64,000 nt of DNA from positions 27,652,001 through 27,716,000 of the forward strand of contig OZ024759.1 of the NCBI GenBank assembly GCA_964016885.1. Direction: 5' to 3'. Made by a program: the position numbers and the translations under genes. The DNA is from Eledone cirrhosa (Eukaryota). The notes under the pieces are model-generated. The model had not been told where the DNA came from and searched no databases. It saw nothing but the letters and a program-made list of their open reading frames with translations. Positions 54,804 to 64,000 of the stretch are shown piece by piece (position 1 is the stretch's first letter; the number at the start of each line of letters is the position of its first letter).

Positions 54804-54835
<32 letters not shown>

Positions 54836-54970
54836 ATATATATATGTATATATATATATATAATATATATATGTATATATATATATATAATATATATATG
54901 TATATATATATATAATATATATATATGTATATATATATATAATATATATATATGTATATATATATATATA

Positions 54971-55023
<53 letters not shown>

Positions 55024-55200
55024 ATATATATATATGTATATATATATATAATATATATATATGTATATATATATATAATATATATATATGTATATATATA
55101 TATAATATATATATATGTATATATATATATAATATATATATATGTATATATATATATAATATATATATATATGTATATATATATATAATATATATATATA

Positions 55201-55237
<37 letters not shown>

Positions 55238-55250
55238 ATATATATATATA

Positions 55251-55305
<55 letters not shown>

Positions 55306-55316
55306 ATATATATATG

Positions 55317-55405
<89 letters not shown>

Positions 55406-55419
55406 ATATATATATATGT

Positions 55420-55462
<43 letters not shown>

Positions 55463-55685
55463 TATATGTATATATATATATGTATATATATATATATAAT
55501 ATGTATATATATATATATAATATATATATATGTATATAATATATATATATGTATATATATATATATAATATATATATATGTATATATATTATATATAATA
55601 TATATATATGTATATATAATATATATATATGTATATATGTATATAATATATATATGTATATATAATATATATATATGTATATATG

Positions 55686-55722
<37 letters not shown>
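50330..55722. repeat. About 5.4-kb compound (TA)n/(TG)n/(TATG)n microsatellite array
   Basis: Direct inspection; source of the YI/CV ORFs. Confidence 0.97.
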
Positions 55723-55723
<1 letters not shown>

Positions 55724-55864
55724 GTTATTCCGGGTTGAATCGGAGGTAACCACAGTAAGTAAGGTACTCAATACATAGCAGAGTATAACAGTTTTAATAT
55801 AGATGAGATTCTACAGGACTAGAACTGTTTCATTCATTAGAAATCATCAGGAATCTGGATACCC

Positions 55865-55915
55865 AGATTCCTGATGATTTCTAATGAATGAAACAGTTCT
55901 AGTCCTGTAGAATCT
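55865..55915 (+). ncRNA. Type I hammerhead ribozyme motif, family 3 (with a mirror copy on - at 55806-55856)
   Basis: agattc-CTGATGA...GAAACAG...CTGTA-gaatct, inside a palindrome. Confidence 0.7.
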
Positions 55916-56197
55916 CATCTATATTAAAACTATATATATAATATATATATATGTATATATAATATATATATATGTATATATAATATATATATATGTATAT
56001 ATATATGTAGATAAATCTACCAAGAGTTTACGGTAGTGTCCAATCCGTATGAAGAACTCAATGTATTCCGGATATCATGGAAAGAAGAAATGTAATGAAA
56101 AATCACTTTCGGTGAAAGATAAACGGTATACAGAGTCAAGATAAAATATTAAACAAATAATGAATAAACAATTCCTTATATTAAACAAAAAAAGTTC

Positions 56198-56345
56198 ATT
56201 ATTTAACGATCGTTTCTAGGATATATATGTGTTAGAGTTGGCATGCATATTCAACAGATCTATGTACAAAATTATACAAAATTATACAAACTATCAAGAT
56301 TAAATATACATACCAACACATATATACGCCGTCTTCAGAAATAAT
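56198..56345 (-). ncRNA. Hammerhead motif with extended helix II, family 4 (second copy)
   Basis: Near-identical to 12695-12843. Confidence 0.62.
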
Positions 56346-57169
56346 CAGATTATTTCAAAAATAATTACAATTCTATGATTGTTTTATAAAACATTTTATT
56401 TCAGTAATACATTTTACTAATCTCTGATATGGAGAAAAGGCAAACAAGTCACTGACAGTGGTGTGTGATGGGGTTTCTACACCAAACACAAAACTCAATG
56501 GTAAAATCATCGAGTCTCTAACCATCCACTATTAATATTCCAGCTTTTCTAACCGATACAAATGCTGTAAATGCATGTTATTAGTTTTAAAGGGTTTTAA
56601 ACTGGTTCAGTACCTCTCAACATACGACATTTGTAACATACGACTTATTTTGATTATCTCCCCTTAACCACATTTGAACCAAATATCTGCACACACGCAT
56701 TTATCTTCGAATGCCCAGTTTTTCTCTCAAGTCAATCAGTGTCCGCCGTTCAATTACTCGTACGTTATAAATCTAGAGAAGCATGTTCGATTTGTGTACA
56801 TGTACATACGTATATATTATCCATAGTCGCGTACACGTATATATGTTTATGTTTAGATTTATTTATATATGTGTGTGTAACACAAAATATCTGTGTATGT
56901 TGAAGAAAGTAGTTTAAGAGCTGATATATTATATATTTATGTTCATACTCAGAACAAAAAAAGGCTACCTTAGTTTTCAAGGCCTAGTTATGGTCACCAC
57001 CCCGTGCGGTCTGGCGAGATGGTCATTATTAGACATTGAGACATTGAAGCCAAAATATGAACATAAATAAAGAATGCGGCCGACCGGACTAGAAACTGCT
57101 AAATGTGTGGCCACCTTCTCGTATCTGCCTTTTCAGCCCCATGGATTATATTCCTTTGTTAAATTTCGA

Positions 57170-57227
57170 ATACCTGATGATGTCACCGGATTCATACTGA
57201 ACCCAGTTATTGAAATGTTCCTAGTAT
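57170..57227 (+). ncRNA. Hammerhead motif, family 6 (partly degenerate)
   Basis: atac-CTGATGA-...ttca tac tgaa...-GAAA-tgttcc-TA-gtat. Copies at 59717-59774 (+) and 36120-36174 (-); the latter keeps a palindromic ATGATCAT helix III. Confidence 0.5.
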
Positions 57228-57324
57228 AATAAACCTTTAAGGAATTACACCAGTCCAGCCTCCTGTTATTTTATAATATATATATATATATGGCTATTTT
57301 AACGGCTGTTCTAGTGATTAATTT

Positions 57325-57380
<56 letters not shown>

Positions 57381-57744
57381 AAATTCATCACTAGAACAGT
57401 CGTTAAAATAGCCAAATGCCATCAAAGACAGTGATCTGTAAAAATCTGTGGCCAGTGGTCGACAGAGAGAGTCAATCCACAAGGTGTGTGGCAGGCAGAT
57501 GATATATATGTATGTATACATATATACATATAATATATATAATATATATATATATATATACACAAATGAAAGTTTAATAAAATCGAAGTTTTGGCTATGG
57601 CCTAGCTAATATATATATATATAGGCTTCAAAATGGAATGAGAATAAGAAGAAAGCAAGAACGGGGGGGGGGGAGGGGGTTCCCCTCATCAGTTGTCTAC
57701 TGGGGGTCTCGGCTATTTAAACGCTTATATATATCATCATCATC

Positions 57745-58845
57745 ACTTAACATCTACCTTACAGAGTAAATTGTGTAGACAGAAATGGGAGGGTGGTGTG
57801 GATTAAGAGGTGCTTACTGGGTATATGTTTGAGTCCTTGTGCAAGGAAAAGTGAATCTTTTGTATTACTGCGTTGCGCCAAAGATCTTGATCCTGTGTCA
57901 TTGTCTTTGAGAGGTGTAAGTGTGCAAGGTCAGTTTTTATTGCCTCGTCCCAGGTCTTTCTGGGTCTACCTACTCTGTAGCTTCCATCAATGTTGATCAC
58001 CCTGCACCTTTTTATACAGTTGTCTTTCATACACATCACATAACCATATCAACACAATCTCCTCTCTAGTATACTGCATCAATACATCTTATGCTAACAT
58101 CTTTCTTAGTTCATTTACGCTTTACCATTCTATATATTACTATTACACATTCATTGGAACATGCATGCTTCATTTCTTTCCAATCTGCACATAGTTCCCA
58201 GGTCTCACTATCATGTAAGTTTGTGTTCAAATCTAAGCATCGTACAATCTGCCTTTCATTTTTAGGGAGAAACCTTTTGTAGTTAACAGCGGTATTAGCT
58301 CTCTGGACTTTTTCCATCCCGTTCTGACTCTGGCTACTGTACTTTCAGAACACCCTCCACCACTGCTGATTTCATCACCCAGGTAATGGAAAGTGTCCAC
58401 TATTTCTATAGAATCATCTGGGCAATTGAAGGAGCTAGTATCCTGTGGGCACTTGCTACTTAATGCACCTGAGCATCGGCCACATATAAAATCTACGTTC
58501 TGAGATAGTTTACCTGTGATCCAACTACATCTTTTATGTACCCATAGCTTGCATTTTGGACACAGAATGGAATTTCTACCTACTCCTTTCCTACACACTG
58601 AGCATGGCCATTTCCCAGAGGGAATCTCTGCCCTATTTTCCTTTTTACATACTAGAACTTTAGTTTTAGACAAGTTAACTTTAAGGCCTTTTGATTCTAG
58701 GCCATGCTTCCAGGTTTGGAATTTGTTTAGTTCAGCCATAGATTCAGCTCTGAGAGTGTTATCATCTGCATATAGAAGTTCCCATGGGCAACCAGTCTTA
58801 AACTCTTCTGCTATAGCTTGAAGGGCAATAATAAATAGGAGGGGC
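57745..58845 (-). mobile_element. RTE LINE ORF2 fragment (RT C-terminal part to 3' end), degenerate
   Basis: GCPWELLYADD, GLKVNLSKTKV, FHYLGD, KGRLYDA and GRPRKTW motifs. Confidence 0.88.
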
Positions 58846-60891
58846 TATGGTAATGAAGAATCCTTGTTGGATAGTTTATCAATATAGACGTGAGGGAAAG
58901 TCCCTCGTCTATTTACCATTTTCGTAAGTGAGAGGATAGGTACTCCATAGAATTATGATCCATGAAATCTGTCTCTGAATAGACATACATTTTGCTAATC
59001 TCTGATATGGAGAAAAGTTTAAAAAGTCACTGACACCAAACACAAGACTCAATGGTAAAATCATCGAGTCTCTAACCATCCACTATTAATATTCCAGCTT
59101 TTCTAACCGATACAAATGCTGTAAATGCATGTTATTATTAGTTTTAAAGGGTTTTAAACTGGTTCAGTACCTCTCAACAGACGACATTTGTAACATACGA
59201 CTTATTTTGATTATCTCCCCTTAACCACATTTGAACCAAATATCTGCACACACGCATTTATCTTCGAATGCCCAGTTTTTCTCTCAAGTCCGCCGTTCAA
59301 TTACTCGTACGTTATAAATCTAGAGAAGCATGTTCGATTTGTGTACATGTACATACGTATATATTATACATAGTCGCGTACACGTATATATGTATATTTT
59401 TAGATTTATTTATATATGTGTGTGTAACACAAAATATCTGTGTGTGTTGAAGAAAGTAGTTTAAGAGCTGATATATTATATATTTATGTTCATACTCAGA
59501 ACAAAAAAGGGCTACCTTAGTTTTCAAGGCCTAGTTATGGTCACCACCCCGTGCGGTCTGGCGAGATGGTCATTATTAGACATTGAGACATTGAAGCCAA
59601 AATATGAACATAAATAAAGAATGCGGCCGACCGGACTAGAAACTGCTAAATGTGTGGCCACCTTCTCGTATCTGCCTTTTCAGCCCCATGGATTATATTC
59701 CTTTGTTAAATTTCGAATACCTGATGATGTCACCGGATTCATACTGAACCCAGTTATTGAAATGTTCCTAGTATAATAAACCTTTAAGGAATTACACCAG
59801 TCCAGCCTCCTGTTATTTTATAATATATATATATATATGAGAAAATTCATCACTAGAACAGCTGTCTTGCTCATATTGGACTGTTTTTGGCAGGTTTTCT
59901 ATGGTGGCATGCCTCTCCTAAAGTCAACCACATTTATAGTGTTGACTGGGTGCTTTTTGCTGTGTCTCCTCCATGACCACTGTATGGTATGGGCTGGATA
60001 TAGAAGTTCCCATGGGCAACCAGTCTTAAACTCTTCTGTTATAGCCTGAAGGGTAATAATAAACAGGAGGGGCTAATGATCCATGAAATCTGTCTCTGAA
60101 TACACATACTAGCAATTGGCAAATAGTGATATGTGGAGAAAAATCTACTATGAAGGTTAACATATATTACACTGTTATTATCAAATATCAACCAAGGTAT
60201 AAAAAAACTTTGATATGCGATAAACATAAAATTGTCCACCCCCTCAATTCAGAAATACTTCCACTGCCCCTGCACTCTGTCACTCTAATAGTCCACCTGT
60301 TCCCTCTGAGACAAGAGACGTTGCCATCTTGGGGTCTATAAATAACACCAGTTCAGTACTGGGGTCCATTCTTTTTTTTATATCCCTTCATAACTCTCTC
60401 CCTCTCTCTCTGTCTTGCTGTCCACTCTGTCACTCTAATAGTCCACCTGTTCTCTCTGAGATGAGAGATATGGCGATCTTGCCTTTGGCTTCCCTCTGGT
60501 TCTTCTCCTCTGCCTTGGTGTCACCTTTGTCACTCTAATAGACCACCTGCTCTCTCTGAGATGAGAGACATAGCCAGACCATTTATACATTTATACATAC
60601 AAATAATAAATTTAACAAATGACTGAAAATTCCAAAGTCAAATATTTTTTACTTCAGTATAATTTGAGAGGAAATAATATTTTTTCTCAGCCTTGGTTTA
60701 AAAACAAAAACAAAATTATTCGAAAATAGAAGATCGATACTAGAATATAGAAAATAATGGTTTCTGCTTTAGGCACAAGGCAAATAATTTTTGTGGGGAG
60801 AAGACAGTTGATTAAATTGATCTCAGTGTGTTACTGGTACTTTATTTTATCAACCCGAATACAATAGGAAATTGGAGATGTATTTTTTACA

Positions 60892-61050
60892 TGAGGGTGC
60901 CTGGTTGTTTCAGTGCCTTAGCCTTGCTTTACTGAGGTGTCAGGTGATACCCGTGAGGGTGCCTGGTTGTTTCAGTGCCTTAGCCTTGCTTTACTGAGGT
61001 GTCAGGTGATACCCGTGAGGGTGCCTGGTTGTTTCAGTGCCTTAGCCTCG
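60892..61050. repeat. 62-bp tandem repeat, about 2.5 copies
   Basis: tgagggtgcctggttgtttcagtgccttagcc repeated at about 60892, 60954 and 61016. Confidence 0.9.
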
Positions 61051-62129
61051 CCATCACCTGTGGTAATGCTCCGAGTGTATTGGCTTGCCTCACAATATTC
61101 CGTTGACCCTTGTGGTGTGATGTATGACCCATTGTCACACTAGCTGGAGAAGTGATGGTCGTTTTTGTTTCTCCTTTTTTCTCCTTTCTCTTATTCTGGT
61201 CATATATTTGTGTTACATTGGCAGGATTCAACTCTTTAACATTTACATTACTCTATATTTACTATTATATTTTCACAATAAAAGCTTTACTTCACATAAT
61301 TAATTCACATAATACTGAATCTATGAGATTTTGATATTATTTATTTTGAGAACAATACCTTAACGTCAATATGAGTGGCCAGTAATGGCCGGTTTAAACA
61401 GAAAGAGGTGAGAGAATTCTGGCCTGATACAGCCAGTTTAATGTAAAGAGCCAGAACAATTACTGCAATGATTTGATATAATGATATAATGAAATTATTG
61501 TGTACAGTGCTCAGGTGCACTATAACTCATCAAAGGTGCATGTATAGTACACAGAATAATGTACAAATGTCAGGAAAGTGAACAGTGTATGAGTCAAGAA
61601 ATATGTGTGTGCGTGTGTATGGAGGGGGGATATCAGGTGTAGTGTTGGTGAATCTCCGGAAGCATGGAGGTTTTAAAGGATGCAGTGTCTCGACAGCTAA
61701 CAATTGATGCAGATAGTTTGTCCCATGATATTTTGTTTGATGCTCTACCAATTCTGCCAGTCCACTGCCCTCATCTGTATGTATAAAGTGACATCTAGCA
61801 CAACAGTATATTTAGATTAGTGTGAAGTAGTTTATTTTTCTTTGTTTGTACAATGTTTAGAGGAAAGCCTTATTCAGAGGAAACGATGTTTAGAGGAAGC
61901 GATGTTTAGCCCTTTAGCATTTACATTACTCTATATATATATACTATTATATTTTCATGGTAAAGGCTTTACCTCAGATAATATCTCACATAATATCGAA
62001 TCTACAAGATTTTGATATTTATTTTGAGAACAATATCTTAACATCAGTTTGAGTGACTGGTTACAGCCAGTTCCAACAGAAAGAGGTAGAGAATTCTGGC
62101 CGGTTTTGGCCGGTTTGAACATTAAATGG

Positions 62130-62506
62130 TTAGAGGAAAGCCTTGTTTAATATAATTATCTGAACAAGAAAAAGGGTTAAATATAGGAATAAATTAGAAA
62201 ATATAAGGGCTGCATCATTCATGTAATGTTTTCCAATGGTCCCACCATCTTTCTTTCGTCTGAAGACAAAACTACCTGCCTTATGTAAACATGTAACATT
62301 CACCTGTGACCAAACTGTACCGGGGACACAGATTTGAATAAAACTAGCCCCCCATTCTGTACACCGAATAAATCTCATTGGATCTGAATGAGGGAAGAAA
62401 TATATTTTAAGGGCAATTGCTTCTTTTGTACATGGTGTTTGGAACAAACAGTATGATTCTATTTCATTTCTCGTTGTGTTCTCAATTTTCCTACATTTGT
62501 CTGGCA
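62130..62506 (-). CDS. Next exon of the same gene: chitin-binding type-2 (peritrophin-A/CBM14)-like module
   Basis: ttccAG acceptor, phase 1 fits. PC..YFFPHSDPMRFIRCTEWG..FIQICVPGTVWSQVNVTC resembles CBM14. The 3' end is uncertain: read-through to the stop at 62130 (hydrophobic tail) or a weak donor near 62275. Confidence 0.68.
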
Positions 62507-63608
62507 CTGGAATTAAAGACAAAACAAAATATATTAGCTTGATGCAAAATTAATGGCTGTTTTTATCTTCTTCTTCGCCCACTTATTTCTGAGAGGGCAG
62601 TGGGGGCAGAGTTCTCAAACATTCCTTCTAGCGGGTACTGTCTGAAGTAACCATCCCCAACTGATCCAGCTGGATCCTCAAGCAAGTCCAGCCAAGCTCA
62701 TGGATGTTATCCAACCATCTTGCTCGAGTTGTACCCCTTGGTCTCCAACCAGACGGTTTTGCCCGTAAAATCTGTCCAGCGATTATTTCCTGAGACATTC
62801 TAACCACATGTCCACAGTATCAGAGCTGTGATCTCTCAATTTGCAGAAGTAGTGGCTCTACCTGGAGCAACTTTCCAGTGATTCTTTCCTGAGACATTCT
62901 AACCACATGCCCCAGGAAAGAATCGCTGCTTTATTGATTCTAAAATTTCTTCTACAAAACAACACCAAACAACAATTAAATCATGATGAAATGATCATGT
63001 TTCACAGTCATGCTGGAGCACAACTGCATTGTTCTAGAAGGAATATATCATTATTCTGAACTCAGAAAGTAAAGAGCCAGAACAAATACTGTAATGGTAT
63101 TTTATCTGATGCCATACCTTTAACGTAGTTCTCAGGGAGATTCAGCAAGATACATCATATGACAAAACTAGCTCTTTGAATTACAAGTACAAACTCATTT
63201 TTGTCAGCTGGGTGAATGGAGAAATGTGAAATAAAGTATCTTGTTCAAGGACACGAAGCACAGGCCAGGCCAGGAATTGAATTCACAACCTCACAATCTT
63301 GAGTTAAACACCTTAACCACTAAATGATGAGCCTTCACTAGTTTCAGATCAATCAAATCAATCAACAAGATCCCAAACCTCATTCACGTATTGAGAGAGG
63401 TGGAACTAATCAAATCGGACCAAGGAAACAATGTTTCCATTGGTCTTTCCATTGCTGATACTAGCTTCCGGTCGTAATTCTTGGCAGAGTTTGAGATAAA
63501 CTTTGTCTAAAATCAATATATGATCTGTCTGCTTATAGGTCTGCCAGATGGGGGCTGGTCTGACCCAGGGCTAAATAACAACAACAACAACAAAAAATGT
63601 CCACTTGC

Positions 63609-63888
63609 CTTCTGGAATATTGGTGTTTTGTAGAAATTTGGTGGTATTTCCTTCAGGTTCAATGTATTTCTTCCAATATTCCGCTTGGTCAGTCACATTC
63701 ATGGGTATTGTGTCACTAATGGTCAGTAGATAGAGGGCCATAGCGTAGCCAGAATACAATGGCTTATCCAGTTCTGAATAATTAGATGAAGCTACATCAA
63801 TATCAAATCTTTCTTGACCAATACTGCAGTAGGACTGAAGATTTTTACCACAGGAGTCTTGGACAGTTTCCAGTTGATCAGAAGTAAC
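63609..63888 (-). CDS. Exon of an uncharacterised extracellular-type protein with a 'LDKPLYSG..ALYL..IP..QAEYWK' domain (gene starts beyond window end)
   Basis: tatctcAG acceptor; 93 open codons VTSDQLETVQDSCGKNLQSYCSIGQERFDIDVASSNYSELDKPLYSGYAMALYLLTISDTIPMNVTDQAEYWKKY...; AG|GCaagt donor, phase 1. Confidence 0.75.
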
Positions 63889-63908
63889 CTGAGATAATTA
63901 GAAGAAAT

Positions 63909-63949
<41 letters not shown>

Positions 63950-64000
63950 TAACTATTAAGCTCTGTTACCTACATAGAGCACTCTTTTTTCCTGGACTTT

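Larger units (their letters stand above)
56408..59862 (+). repeat. Local direct duplication of about 0.9-1 kb (56408-57400 vs 58987-59862) flanking an RTE fragment
   Basis: Near-identical sequence; duplicated ORFs 56765..56980 and 59312..59527. Confidence 0.9.

Noticed and set aside
50221-55771. Very long ORFs (up to 955 aa) of Y/I/C/V/M
   Set aside because: Translations of TA/TG microsatellite that lack stops by composition.

Overview
AT-rich, microsatellite-dense eukaryotic (metazoan) genomic DNA. The repeat content (RTE and CR1 LINE fragments, tRNA-headed SINEs, very long (TA)n/(CA)n/(CAT)n tracts) resembles a coleoid cephalopod such as Octopus; this is an inference. Most ORFs in the supplied track are microsatellite artefacts. 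Three spliced genes were reconstructed by hand from splice sites and phases. (1) The last three coding exons of a HENMT1/Hen1 small-RNA 2'-O-methyltransferase on + (46-2270). (2) A convergent 15-exon AKNA/AKNAD1-family gene on - (about 36672 to 9001, about 1859 aa from the first in-frame ATG seen). (3) Two or more exons of a minus-strand gene combining a 'LDKPLYSG...QAEYWK' invertebrate domain with a chitin-binding type-2-like module (63888-62130). The most striking non-coding signal is at least six distinct families of type I hammerhead-ribozyme motifs in short elements inserted in (TA)n tracts. They often form head-to-head palindromes, an architecture typical of Penelope-like elements, and two families have a greatly extended helix II. 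All assignments come from reading the sequence and recalled family motifs; no searches were run.
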